Below the pieces are notes generated by a model. It ran no database searches, had not been told where the DNA came from, and saw only the letters and a list, made by a program, of their open reading frames with translations. From a bacterium (GTDB taxonomy: Bacteria; Patescibacteriota; Minisyncoccia; Phycocordibacterales; JAKAEA01), in assembly GCA_021785065.1 (NCBI GenBank), contig JAJYGQ010000001.1, positions 1 to 55,818 of the forward strand: a DNA stretch of 55,818 nucleotides, read 5' to 3'. The translations under genes were made by a program, and so were the position numbers. This document shows, one piece after another, positions 30,041 through 39,162 of this stretch (position 1 is the stretch's first letter; the number at the start of each line of letters is the position of its first letter).

Positions 30041-30925
30041 ATGCCCGAAGAAACATTCGAATCTCAACCACTACGTGCATTAACTCCTGTCGCTGAATTA
30101 ATCGAGCGAGCGTGGCAGCGCTTTAAGCGCCTGTTCTCAGGATTATTTCCTTGGCTGGTAATTTCGACATTAGGAGGGTTTATGGCGGTGCTTTCTCATG
30201 CGGCGTTACCACTGTGGTCGCGGCTTATTCTGTCGATAGTAGGAATGGTTGTTCTCCTCCTTTCCTATTTAGCGCAGGTGCGAATTATTTCTGGCGTTGA
30301 ACGTGAGCCGGGCGATATTATTAATAACGGTCGCGTTGCCCTGAAACTTTTTTTCCCGTATGTGTGGCTCGTGCTGATTGAAATTTTTATTTTTTTGAGC
30401 GGCGCTTTACTTTTTGTGATACCCGCCATAATTTTTGGTGTGTATTTACTGCTCACGCCGTTCGTGTTTGTTGTTGAGGGGAGTCGGGGATTGCCGGCGT
30501 TTACTCGCTCGTGGGGGTACATAACCGGCCGTTGGTGGGCAAGCTTGTGGCGGTTGCTCGTGGCGCTTTTCTTGAGTTTGGTTGTTATGTCGGTGATCAA
30601 TTTTATTCTTGCACTGATCTTCGGCTCTTTCTCAACGATGCACGCGTCGTCGTGGAGTATTATGCTTTTCCAGCAGCTCGTTGAAGCGTTTCTGATTGTG
30701 CCCTGGCTACTGTGCTATCTGTTTGAGTTTTATCAGGACGTTCGAAGTGCCAAACCAGTGGCGCAACCCAGTGATGAAAAAACCGCCCGTCTTTGGCTGG
30801 TTATTTTTCTGATACTTGGTATTATTCTAGCGCTCGTGTTTGCTTTTGGAACGGTCACGCATACCGCTGCACATAGTAGCGTTACGACTGGCCTCTTTGA
30901 GCAAAATTTTGTGCAATCGTGGTAG
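30041..30925 (+). CDS. Multi-pass membrane protein, uncharacterised
   Basis: About six hydrophobic segments, ERAWQRF and SWGYITGRWW motifs; the track start 29915 overlaps the tRNA, so it was shortened. Confidence 0.7.
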   Translation: MPEETFESQPLRALTPVAELIERAWQRFKRLFSGLFPWLVISTLGGFMAVLSHAALPLWSRLILSIVGMVVLLLSYLAQVRIISGVEREPGDIINNGRVALKLFFPYVWLVLIEIFIFLSGALLFVIPAIIFGVYLLLTPFVFVVEGSRGLPAFTRSWGYITGRWWASLWRLLVALFLSLVVMSVINFILALIFGSFSTMHASSWSIMLFQQLVEAFLIVPWLLCYLFEFYQDVRSAKPVAQPSDEKTARLWLVIFLILGIILALVFAFGTVTHTAAHSSVTTGLFEQNFVQSW

Positions 30926-30936
30926 CACAATACTAT

Positions 30937-31009
30937 GCCAGCGTAGCTCAGTTGGTAGAGCAACGCACTCGTAACGCGTAGGTCGCCGGTTCGATTCCGG
31001 CCGCTGGCT
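30937..31009 (+). tRNA. tRNA-Thr(CGT)
   Basis: GCCAGCG/CGCTGGC acceptor, loop CTCGTAA, U73; CCA not encoded. Confidence 0.95.
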
Positions 31010-31044
31010 CCTTTACTTTTTAAATATATTTGAGTAGTATAGTA

Positions 31045-31309
31045 CCTGCTCCCACGAGTATGGGAACTGACAACTCCCGGCAGATTTCTTACCCTGCACA
31101 TGCTCGTGCTAGATAGGTCTTAGGCGGTTTGGGACCATCTACGAAACCCTGCTATCAGAAGCGATGGCAGGATGGGGAGATTTAAGCTTCGCTTGGAAGG
31201 TGTTTCCTTCCGCCCAGGATACCACGACCGGTGTCTCCGGTGGATTTGGTTCCTGGTTTCTCCGGCCCCACCCCTCGCTGCTTGAGAAGGTGTGGTCGGA
31301 GATTTTTTT
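31045..31309 (+). ncRNA. Candidate structured non-coding RNA, family unrecognised
   Basis: ORF-free GC-rich stretch after TATAGT with seven or more consecutive stems by eye, ending in a hairpin plus T8; strand inferred. Confidence 0.4.
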
Positions 31310-31323
31310 TATGTATAAAATAA

Positions 31324-31356
31324 AATCAGCTCGTCCCGAGAAGGGACGAGCTGATT
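31324..31356 (-). terminator. Intrinsic terminator for the GNAT gene
   Basis: AATCAGCTCGTCCC-gagaa-GGGACGAGCTGATT perfect 14-bp stem; T-rich run follows on the minus strand. Confidence 0.85.
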
Positions 31357-31366
31357 GAAGATTGCT

Positions 31367-31870
31367 TTAGAGTGTAATGGAATAATCCCTTTCCTCACAT
31401 TGTAGGGAAAATGGTAACGCAATCTCACCACTTTTAATTTTCTGAAAAATGCGTTTGATGATTTCGCTGCCGCCCGCGCCGAGGTAAATGTTGTGTACGT
31501 GGCGGTCGTGTGCGTGTCGTAAAAAGATCTCGACTTGCTGACAGCCATAGCCTTGCTGTCGGAAATTCTCGTCTACTATGAGCCGAAACACTTTCCAGGT
31601 GTAGGTGCCGTTGGCACGATGCTCTTGCCAGAATATTCCGCCGATGAGTTCGCCTCTTTTTCCAAGCTGCTCTGCTTGGGAGAAGAGTAGACCTTCGTAG
31701 CCACGAGCAAATAACGTTTGTAATAGCTCGTTGGCCGGTAAGTGACGAACGTCGCTTGTTGCGGTAGCAAATGTGCTGCCAGGATCTGGTTTTTGCACGA
31801 GGCCAACAATAATTGCTCGCCAAGGATCTCCGTCTCCTAGTTCGCTAACGATATGAGCTTGTAAAGCCAT
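31367..31870 (-). CDS. GNAT family N-acetyltransferase
   Basis: LIVDENFRQQGYG acetyl-CoA motif A; SD AAAGGAGG before ATG 31870. Confidence 0.75.
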   Translation of the reverse strand: MALQAHIVSELGDGDPWRAIIVGLVQKPDPGSTFATATSDVRHLPANELLQTLFARGYEGLLFSQAEQLGKRGELIGGIFWQEHRANGTYTWKVFRLIVDENFRQQGYGCQQVEIFLRHAHDRHVHNIYLGAGGSEIIKRIFQKIKSGEIALPFSLQCEERDYSITL

Positions 31871-31941
31871 AGCAACCTCCTTTCCATAAAATGGTGCATG
31901 ACCTCCTACTGGCAGCATACGCTAATTTAGGGTACATTTCA

Positions 31942-32829
31942 ATGACGATGTCTACGGATGAAATTCGTAAAAAAATTGCCGAGCTTGAAGCCTCGATGAG
32001 TTCGCCAGATTTTTGGGCTGACAAAACGCGAGCGCAGGCGACGATAAAGGAGCTGCAAGAGCTTAAGGTGCGAGCGGAAAATCCGTCGGCTGGCCCGTAT
32101 GATGGCGGCAGCGCGGTGGTGTCTATCCTTTCAGGAGCGGGGGGCGATGATGCGGAAGATTTTTCGGCAATGCTCTTTGCAATGTATCGAAAATTTATTG
32201 AGCGCCGCGGCTGGCAGTGGAGCGTGGTGCACCAAAATGAAAATGATCACGGCGGCTTTCGCAATATCACCTTTGACGTCGCCGGCCGCGGCGCCTACGG
32301 TACCCTCAAAAACGAATCGGGCGTCCATCGCCTGGTACGCATTTCGCCGTTTAATGCTAAGCAGTTGCGACACACCTCGTTCTCACTCGTTGAAGTGGTG
32401 CCAAAATTCGACAAAGAGCCGCCCATTATCATCCGACCAGAAGACATACGTGTGGAATTTGCGCGAGCCGGTGGACCGGGCGGGCAGAACGTGAACAAAC
32501 GAGAAACCGCGGTGCGCGTGGTACACATTCCCACCAACATTTCCGTGCACGTGGCGAGCGAACGCTCTCAAGCTCAAAATCGCGAGCGCGCTCTGGCGAT
32601 TCTCAAGGGTAAACTCTACAAGCGTGCGGAAGCCGAACGTTTGGCAAAAGAAAAGGGGATGCAAGTGAGTGCAACTACCGACATAGAATGGGGCAACCAA
32701 ATCCGCTCCTACGTGTTGCACCCCTACAAACTCGTGAAAGACCATCGCACCGACGTTGAGGTCCATGACGCCGAGCGCGTGCTCGATGGCGATTTAGATG
32801 AATTTATTGAGGCTGAACGAAGCCTCTAA
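31942..32829 (+). CDS. prfB: Peptide chain release factor 2, N-terminally shortened, no frameshift
   Basis: ESGVHRLVRISPF (SPF anticodon), AGGPGGQNVNK, WGNQIRSYV; start ATG 31942 or 31948. Confidence 0.93.
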   Translation: MTMSTDEIRKKIAELEASMSSPDFWADKTRAQATIKELQELKVRAENPSAGPYDGGSAVVSILSGAGGDDAEDFSAMLFAMYRKFIERRGWQWSVVHQNENDHGGFRNITFDVAGRGAYGTLKNESGVHRLVRISPFNAKQLRHTSFSLVEVVPKFDKEPPIIIRPEDIRVEFARAGGPGGQNVNKRETAVRVVHIPTNISVHVASERSQAQNRERALAILKGKLYKRAEAERLAKEKGMQVSATTDIEWGNQIRSYVLHPYKLVKDHRTDVEVHDAERVLDGDLDEFIEAERSL

Positions 32830-32878
32830 ATTACTTCCTTTGATTTATCTGAAGAAGCGGTTACAATAAGAGGGCGGT

Positions 32879-33559
32879 ATGATTTATTTCGATAACGTCT
32901 CCAAACAATACGCTGACAGTTCCATAGCTCTAGATGGCGTGACGCTCGCGGTAGATCCGCAAGAGTTCGTTTCTATCGTTGGCCATTCAGGAGCGGGGAA
33001 GACAACACTCATCAAGATGCTTCTCGCTGAAGAGCGGCCTACTGATGGTAAAGTGTATTTTCAGTCAGTTGATATTCACGACCTGCGCCGCAATGAAATG
33101 AATCTCTATCGGCGGCGTGTTGGTGTGGTATTCCAAGATTTTCGTTTGCTTCCCTATAAAACCGCATTTGAAAATATTGCTTTTGCTATGGAGGCAGCCG
33201 GCCGGCCCGATGCAGAAATCCAGTCGGATGTGCCGCACGTACTCGAATTAGTGGATTTAGGTGAGAAGATGTGGAATTTTCCGCACCAGCTTTCCGGTGG
33301 GGAAAAGCAGCGCGTGGCTATCGCCCGAGCTATCGTCAACCAGCCCGATGTGCTTGTGGCTGATGAGCCGACGGGTAATCTTGATCCCGTGAACACCTAC
33401 GATATCGTGCAAATTCTTAAAAAAATTAATGATCTTGGCACGACGGTCTTGCTCACCACTCACAATCGCGGTGTCATCGATTCAGTTGGTGGCCGAGTGA
33501 TTTCTATGGAAGCTGGTCGAATAATTCGTGATGATCGTAATGGTAGGTACGTTTTTTAA
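32879..33559 (+). CDS. ftsE: Cell division ATP-binding protein FtsE
   Basis: [41 protein letters not shown]; adjacent ftsX. Confidence 0.93.
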   Translation: MIYFDNVSKQYADSSIALDGVTLAVDPQEFVSIVGHSGAGKTTLIKMLLAEERPTDGKVYFQSVDIHDLRRNEMNLYRRRVGVVFQDFRLLPYKTAFENIAFAMEAAGRPDAEIQSDVPHVLELVDLGEKMWNFPHQLSGGEKQRVAIARAIVNQPDVLVADEPTGNLDPVNTYDIVQILKKINDLGTTVLLTTHNRGVIDSVGGRVISMEAGRIIRDDRNGRYVF

Positions 33560-33586
33560 ATATCGTATACAATTTCTTTAACTACT

Positions 33587-34513
33587 ATGTTTTGGACCAC
33601 CAATAAACGAATCATAAAAGCCGGTTTTGTTGGTTTTTGGCGCAACGGTTTTGTGTCACTTTCGTCGATTGTGGTGATGACCGTGACACTCTTGGTTATT
33701 ATTGCTAGTCTCTTTTTTAGTATTATTTTTGGGGCCACCCTTAATCAAATAAAAAATCAGGTTGATATTACCGTGTATTTTGTTACGACTGCTTCAACGA
33801 GCGATGAACTTGCTTTGCAAAAATCAGTCGACGCGCTGCCGGAAGTGGCGACGAGCACCTACATTTCCGCTGACCAGGCCCTGGCTAATTTTAAGCAGCG
33901 TCACGCGACCGACGAGCTAACGCTCCAGGCCCTCGATGAAATTAACGGCAATCCTCTTGGCGCCGAGCTTAACATTAAAGCAAAAGATCCGTCGCAGTAT
34001 GCGGATATTGCCTCGTTCTTGCAATCGCAAAGCGTGTCGCCGACAAACGGCTTACCGATTATCGATACGGTTAATTACAATCAAAATCAGGCCGCGATTA
34101 ATAAGTTAACGGCAATTATTGACGGCGGGCGGCGACTGGCCATTATCATCATTGCTCTCATGGTGGCCATCTCACTTCTCATCACCTACAATACCATTCG
34201 CCTGGCTATTCACGCGTCACGCGAAGAAATCGCCGTGGAGCGACTGGTCGGCGCCAGTTCACGTTTTGTGCGTGGACCGTTTGTTATTGTGGGTATTATG
34301 TGTGGACTTGTCTCGGCTATTCTTGCTGCGGTGGCTTTGTATCCAGCAACCTATTACCTGGCTCAAGCCACTACCACTTTCTTTATCGGTTTCAATATTT
34401 TCAATTATTATCTCGCTAATTTCAGCCAAGTGTTCCTTGTGCTTTTGGCGAGCGGTATTATAATTGGAGCGATTTCTAGTTGGCTGGCCGTGCGCCGCTA
34501 TCTTAAAGTATGA
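33587..34513 (+). CDS. ftsX: Cell division permease FtsX
   Basis: Four-TM layout, NTIRLAIHASREEI, LVGASSRFVRGPF, AVRRYLK. Confidence 0.92.
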   Translation: MFWTTNKRIIKAGFVGFWRNGFVSLSSIVVMTVTLLVIIASLFFSIIFGATLNQIKNQVDITVYFVTTASTSDELALQKSVDALPEVATSTYISADQALANFKQRHATDELTLQALDEINGNPLGAELNIKAKDPSQYADIASFLQSQSVSPTNGLPIIDTVNYNQNQAAINKLTAIIDGGRRLAIIIIALMVAISLLITYNTIRLAIHASREEIAVERLVGASSRFVRGPFVIVGIMCGLVSAILAAVALYPATYYLAQATTTFFIGFNIFNYYLANFSQVFLVLLASGIIIGAISSWLAVRRYLKV

Positions 34514-36318
34514 GCAAACATCACAAATACGTTTTTGTTATCGGAGGCGTTATGTCCGGCGTGGGCAAAGGTATCGCCACCTCCGCTATCGGCCAAATTC
34601 TCCACGCAAAAGGTTTCCGGGTCAATCCAATCAAGATTGACCCTTATTTAAATGTGGATGCCGGCACGATGAATCCGACGGAGCACGGTGAAGTGTTTGT
34701 GCTCGACTCTGGTCTCGAGACTGATCAAGACATGGGCAATTACGAGCGCTTTTTGGAACTCGATTTAACGCCGGAAGATTATATGACGAGCGGCATGATT
34801 TATAAGCACGTCATCGAGCGTGAGCGCAATCTCGGCTATGGCGGCAAATGTGTGGAAGCTATCCCGCATATTACCGGCGAAATCGTGCGGCGCATTGTCG
34901 CGGCAGCTGATAAAACTCGCTCTGATATTTCGCTCGTGGAAATCGGCGGCACGGTGGGCGACTATCAAAACATGCTCTTTCTCGAAGCGGCGCGCATCTT
35001 GCGTCTGCGTCAGCCGGAAAGCGTGTGCTTTATTTTGGTGAGCTTTTTGCCGGTACCCTCGAAGCTTGGCGAAATGAAAACAAAACCAACGCAGACGGCG
35101 GTGCGTATGCTGAATAGCTACGGTATCCAGCCAGACATTATCATCGCTCGCTCCACCCATCCGCTTGATGCGCGGCGTAAAGAAAAAATCGGTGTGTCGT
35201 GCAACATTCATGGCGACCGGGTAATTTCCGCGCCCGACATTGATTCTATTTACGATGTTCCCGTTAATTTTGAAAAAGACCACATCGGCGAAACTATTCT
35301 CGACGTCTTACGGATGAAGCCGAAACACAATGGCGCGGCACTCGCTCCTTGGCGAAAATTTGTCGCGAAAACTAAGAACGGCAATCGCGACGTCAACATT
35401 GCCGTCGTGGGGAAGTATTTTGATTCAGGTGACTTTGTGCTTTCTGATGCGTATCTTTCGGTGATTGAAGCGGTGAAATTTTCAGCCTATTGGCAAAATA
35501 CCCAGCCCAAGCTCACCTGGATTAATGCTAAAGAATACGAGACGGGGGAGCGTAAGGTGAGCGAGCTTGCGCGTTTCGACGGCATCATCGTGCCCGGCGG
35601 TTTTGGCACCTCAGGTATCGAGGGGGTAATCAGCGCTATTAGATACGCGCGTGAGCATAAAATTCCTTATTTTGGTCTCTGCTACGGTATGCAGCTTTTG
35701 GTGGTTGAATATGCCCGGCACGTGGCAAAGCTGCGTCACGCTCACACTGTTGAAGTTGATCCGCAAAGTCCCGTACCTATTATCGACATTATGCCCGACC
35801 AAAAGAAACTTTTGGCGAGTGGTCACTACGGCGCCACGATGCGCCTCGGTGCCTATCCGGCAAAATTGAAGCGCGGTACTATAGCGCGCGAAGCGTATGG
35901 TCGCGATCGTATTTCCGAGCGTCACCGTCATCGCTACGAAGTAAATCCGGCATTCATCAATAAGCTCGCTGCTGCCGGTCTTGTGTTCTCAGGTACATCG
36001 CCCGACGACACCCTGATGGAAATTGCCGAGCTGGCCCGTGAAGAACATCCTTTTATGCTCGGCACCCAATTTCATCCGGAGTTCAAAGCCCGCCCCCTTT
36101 CGCCGCATCCGCTTTTCAATGCATTCATCGCCGCCGCGCTGAAGCGCGAACGCGCCACCAAGTCGCCGACCTCCACAAAAAATCAATCAAGAAAATCAGC
36201 CAAGCCAGTCAAAGCTACGCGTATCTCAAAAGCCGCGCTTGCTACTAAGCCTGCTAATGTCGCCTCCCTCTCAGCGCGCCGACTCTTGAACAAAAGCGCC
36301 GTTTCCAGTATTGTGTAG
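34510..36318 (+). CDS. pyrG: CTP synthase with basic C-terminal tail
   Basis: GGVMSGVGKG, KIDPYLNVDAGTMNP, GLCYGMQ, ERHRHRYE, QFHPEF. Confidence 0.98.
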   Translation: MSKHHKYVFVIGGVMSGVGKGIATSAIGQILHAKGFRVNPIKIDPYLNVDAGTMNPTEHGEVFVLDSGLETDQDMGNYERFLELDLTPEDYMTSGMIYKHVIERERNLGYGGKCVEAIPHITGEIVRRIVAAADKTRSDISLVEIGGTVGDYQNMLFLEAARILRLRQPESVCFILVSFLPVPSKLGEMKTKPTQTAVRMLNSYGIQPDIIIARSTHPLDARRKEKIGVSCNIHGDRVISAPDIDSIYDVPVNFEKDHIGETILDVLRMKPKHNGAALAPWRKFVAKTKNGNRDVNIAVVGKYFDSGDFVLSDAYLSVIEAVKFSAYWQNTQPKLTWINAKEYETGERKVSELARFDGIIVPGGFGTSGIEGVISAIRYAREHKIPYFGLCYGMQLLVVEYARHVAKLRHAHTVEVDPQSPVPIIDIMPDQKKLLASGHYGATMRLGAYPAKLKRGTIAREAYGRDRISERHRHRYEVNPAFINKLAAAGLVFSGTSPDDTLMEIAELAREEHPFMLGTQFHPEFKARPLSPHPLFNAFIAAALKRERATKSPTSTKNQSRKSAKPVKATRISKAALATKPANVASLSARRLLNKSAVSSIV

Positions 36319-36326
36319 TCTCATCT

Positions 36327-36400
36327 TGCGGGTTCGTCTAATGGTAGGACACATGCCTCTGGAGCATGGTATTGGGGTTCGAGTCCCTGACCCGCAGCCA
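36327..36400 (+). tRNA. tRNA-Gln(CTG); anchor of the cassette array
   Basis: TGCGGGT/ACCCGCA acceptor with U1-A72, CATGC-CTCTGGA-GCATG, G73 CCA. Confidence 0.95.
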
Positions 36401-36444
36401 CCACGAGCTAGCTCATTTGTCAAGAGGTGACTGAGCAGGTGCTC
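36376..36444 (+). repeat. Array repeat R0 (tRNA 3' end plus flank; L type)
   Basis: GG-TTCGAGT-CCCTG-ACCCGCA-GCCA then CCAC-GAGCTAGCTC-ATTTGTCAAGAGGTG...GAGCA-GG-TGCTC. Confidence 0.85.
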
Positions 36445-36460
36445 TTGTTCCTCGCGGTAT

Positions 36461-36505
36461 TTGAGCAGCGCTCGAGACGCGTTCGAGTCCCCGAGAGGGC
36501 AGTCC
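36461..36505 (+). repeat. Array repeat R1 (S type)
   Basis: First 36 nt identical to R5 (TTGAGCAGCGCTCGAGACGCGTTCGAGTCCCCGAGA), then GGGCAGTCC. Confidence 0.9.
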
Positions 36506-36513
36506 GTAGAAAC

Positions 36514-37167
36514 ATGAATAAAAAAATATTGAAAAAATTGGAATTAGTCGCGAGAGAACGGCAAACAAAAGATGACCCGTCTCATGATTTTGAGCATATC
36601 AGACGTGTCTTGAATGTCGCCATTAAAATCAGTAAAAGCGTCGGAGCAGATCTGGATGTGGTAATCCCAGCGGCACTTTTTCATGACACAGTGGTATATC
36701 GTAAGAATTCTCCACAAAGCAAAAACGAATCAAATGAAAGCGCGGAAGTTGCCGCATCTATTCTTAAAAAAACCAATGGATATCCTGAACACAAGATTAA
36801 AGATGTTGAAACATGCATTCGGCAATGCTCTTTCACAAAAGGAATAGTTCCTGAGCTTTTAGAACCAAAGGTTCTTCAAGACGCAGATTTGCTTGAGTCA
36901 ATGGGGGCGCTATCAATTATGCGAACGTTTTCTTCCGGCGGGCAGATGAACAGGTCATTTTACAATCATAAAAACCCTTTCTATGAAAAAAACGAAAAAG
37001 ATTTTCCTTCCGGAATCGGCTTATTTTACCGGCGTTTATTGATCGCTGATACAAGGCTTCACACCGCTTTTGCCAAGAGAATAGCAAAACGACGCACATC
37101 GTTTCTAAAGAAATTCCTTGCTCAAGTAGAAGCTGAACTCAAAGAATCAGGCGTATTGAAGGTTTAA
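36514..37167 (+). CDS. HD-domain metal-dependent phosphohydrolase
   Basis: SHDFEHIRRV, AALFHD, VLQDADLLESMGALSIMRTF; ATG 36514 (the track start lies within the repeats). Confidence 0.88.
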   Translation: MNKKILKKLELVARERQTKDDPSHDFEHIRRVLNVAIKISKSVGADLDVVIPAALFHDTVVYRKNSPQSKNESNESAEVAASILKKTNGYPEHKIKDVETCIRQCSFTKGIVPELLEPKVLQDADLLESMGALSIMRTFSSGGQMNRSFYNHKNPFYEKNEKDFPSGIGLFYRRLLIADTRLHTAFAKRIAKRRTSFLKKFLAQVEAELKESGVLKV

Positions 37168-37170
37168 TGG

Positions 37171-37208
37171 CTTAAAATAGTTCAGATACCCGCCCAGACG
37201 ATCAACCA
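37171..37208 (+). repeat. Array repeat R2 (M type)
   Basis: TAAAATAG-TTCAGAT-ACCCG-CCCAG-ACGATCA-ACCA; closely matches R7. Confidence 0.75.
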
Positions 37209-37673
37209 ATGAATCCCAGGAAAAATAAAAACAATAAAGATGAGTTCGAAAAAATTCGAAAGCAAATTTCTATTTTATTTCCACAAAAAATCAAATTAGG
37301 ATTCTACATTCAAAATTATAAAGATTCCAGAGGTGTCAAAAATCAAAAATTAAAAAATGTGTTAGCCAGCGGTGTAGCTTTTATTGAAGGTGATCAAGTT
37401 GATTTTAGACAATATCGTCATGCGGATAAAGGAACTCACCAGTTCGATGTTGACGAGATTGAAGGAATAAACAAGGATTACGTTATGGTAAAGTCAAAAA
37501 ATGATATTCAAGATCACCATCTCGACAAATCTATTCCGGATGATCTCATGTCTAAGAGAAATTTGGTTTTAGAGGTTATTGAAGATAAAGATGGGACTTT
37601 CAGATTGAATTCTGACGGAAATGGAATGGTAAGGGCCTATATTAGTTTTCCAGATCCTTTTAATAAAAAATAG
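37209..37673 (+). CDS. Hypothetical protein (cassette gene)
   Basis: 154 aa, charged, AT-rich, exactly bounded by R2 and R3. Confidence 0.65.
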   Translation: MNPRKNKNNKDEFEKIRKQISILFPQKIKLGFYIQNYKDSRGVKNQKLKNVLASGVAFIEGDQVDFRQYRHADKGTHQFDVDEIEGINKDYVMVKSKNDIQDHHLDKSIPDDLMSKRNLVLEVIEDKDGTFRLNSDGNGMVRAYISFPDPFNKK

Positions 37674-37674
37674 A

Positions 37675-37701
37675 TTCCAGTCCTGTAACACACGGCAGTC
37701 A
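37675..37701 (+). repeat. Array repeat R3 (highly degenerate)
   Basis: TTCCAGT-CCTGTAACA-CACGGCA-GTCA, starting 1 nt after the stop codon. Confidence 0.45.
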
Positions 37702-37748
37702 CCGTTCAATGTACACATAATCTTATCTCTAAATGATAAAATATGTGT

Positions 37749-39020
37749 ATGAATATCTTGGTTGTTGGAAGCGGTGGACGAGAACACGCTCTTGTTTGGA
37801 AACTACAGCAGTCTCCCAGAGTTACAAAAATTTTTGTCGCGCCCGGGAATGCTGGTACTTCTGCTCTGGCGACAAATATACCGATTTCTGAAACTCGCGA
37901 AATAATTGATTGGCTAAAAAGCAATCCAATAGATTTAGTAGTCATCGGGCCTGATGCATATCTCGCGGAAGGCATCGTTGATAAAATCCAAAAAATCGGA
38001 ATCACTGTTTTTGGCCCGACCAAGGCAGCTGCAGAGATTGAATGGTCAAAATCATTTGCGAAAAATTTAATGCAAGAAGAGGGTATACCGACTGCCTCTT
38101 TCAAGATTTTTAATAATTTTGTTGAAGCCGATTCCTATATCAAACATCGACAATTCCCGTTAGTTATAAAAGCCAATGGTCTGGCTTTGGGTAAGGGAGT
38201 CATAATTGCGGAAGATGTAATTCAAGCAAAAAAAGCACTTAAGGAAATAATGGAAGATAAAGTATTTGGTAAGGCGGGGAGCGAAGTAATCATCGAAGAG
38301 TGCCTTAAAGGACAGGAAATTTCCGTACACGCTTTTTGCGATGGAACCAATGCGGTACTTTTTCCTTCTTCTCAAGACCATAAAAGAATATTTGACGGCG
38401 ACAGCGGTCCAAACACCGGCGGTATGGGAACAATTGCGCCCGTCCCTTGGGTTACCAAAGATCAGATGAAAGAAATAGAAGAGAAGATAGTTCTACCGAC
38501 GCTGCAGGCTCTTAAAAAGAGAGGTAGAACTTTCAGGGGTATTTTGTATCCAGGAATAATGATAACGAAAACGGGTCCGAAAGTTATCGAATTCAACGCT
38601 CGTTTCGGCGATCCAGAAACCCAATCGTATATGCGCATTCTTGACGCAGACTTACTCGACATTCTCATCGCTTGTTCAGAGGGGAATATCGCATCGAAAC
38701 AGATTCAATGGTCAAAAAAATATTCGTGTTGCGTTGTTTGCACGTCAGGCGGATACCCGGCAGCCTATGAAAAAGATAAAGTGATAAAAGGATTAGACAT
38801 TCCCGGAAATAATGACATCGTTATTTTCCATGCTGGCACAAAAACACGCGGAGATAAAATAGTAACAAATGGCGGGCGAGTTTTGGGTATTACGGCAATC
38901 GGGAATAATTTATCAGAAGCGCTTTCGAGTGCGTACGCAAGTCTTCAGTCGCTGTCTTTCTCTGGTATGCAATATAGAAAAGATATTGGTGCTAAATCTA
39001 TGGGTCGGAATCAGGTATAA
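37749..39020 (+). CDS. purD: Phosphoribosylamine-glycine ligase
   Basis: VVGSGGREHAL, APGNAG, KANGLALGKGV, QDHKR, PNTGGMG, EFNARFGDPETQ, TNGGRVL. Confidence 0.96.
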   Translation: MNILVVGSGGREHALVWKLQQSPRVTKIFVAPGNAGTSALATNIPISETREIIDWLKSNPIDLVVIGPDAYLAEGIVDKIQKIGITVFGPTKAAAEIEWSKSFAKNLMQEEGIPTASFKIFNNFVEADSYIKHRQFPLVIKANGLALGKGVIIAEDVIQAKKALKEIMEDKVFGKAGSEVIIEECLKGQEISVHAFCDGTNAVLFPSSQDHKRIFDGDSGPNTGGMGTIAPVPWVTKDQMKEIEEKIVLPTLQALKKRGRTFRGILYPGIMITKTGPKVIEFNARFGDPETQSYMRILDADLLDILIACSEGNIASKQIQWSKKYSCCVVCTSGGYPAAYEKDKVIKGLDIPGNNDIVIFHAGTKTRGDKIVTNGGRVLGITAIGNNLSEALSSAYASLQSLSFSGMQYRKDIGAKSMGRNQV

Positions 39021-39026
39021 TAATTT

Positions 39027-39103
39027 GGTTCGAATACCCGTCCCAGACGGCCAGCCACCACGAGCTAGCTATTTTACCAAGAGGTGCTTGAACAGGTGTT
39101 CAA
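39027..39103 (+). repeat. Array repeat R4 (L type)
   Basis: GG-TTCGAAT-ACCCGT-CCCAG-ACGGCCA-GCCA then CCACGAGCTAGCT-ATTTTACCAAGAGGTG...TTGAACA-GG-TGTTCAA. Confidence 0.88.
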
Positions 39104-39162
39104 ATTCCATAGAAAAGTACTACGTGTGTAATCATGGGAGAAAATTCGATACTATTCTTATA

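Noticed and set aside
31045-31309. SRP, RNase P, tmRNA, T-box or hammerhead identity for the structured region
   Set aside because: GGAAGGAA on the minus strand lacks the SRP CC-GGAA-GG helix; no GAGGAAAGTCC, tRNA-like tmRNA ends, T-box bulge or CUGANGA core
31891-31947. Programmed +1 frameshift in prfB
   Set aside because: No CTT-TGA slippery site or upstream N-terminal ORF; the region is the divergent promoter of the GNAT gene
36414-36424. TTGACA on the minus strand within L repeats as an antisense promoter
   Set aside because: No plausible -10 hexamer 16-18 nt downstream (TGGCTG)
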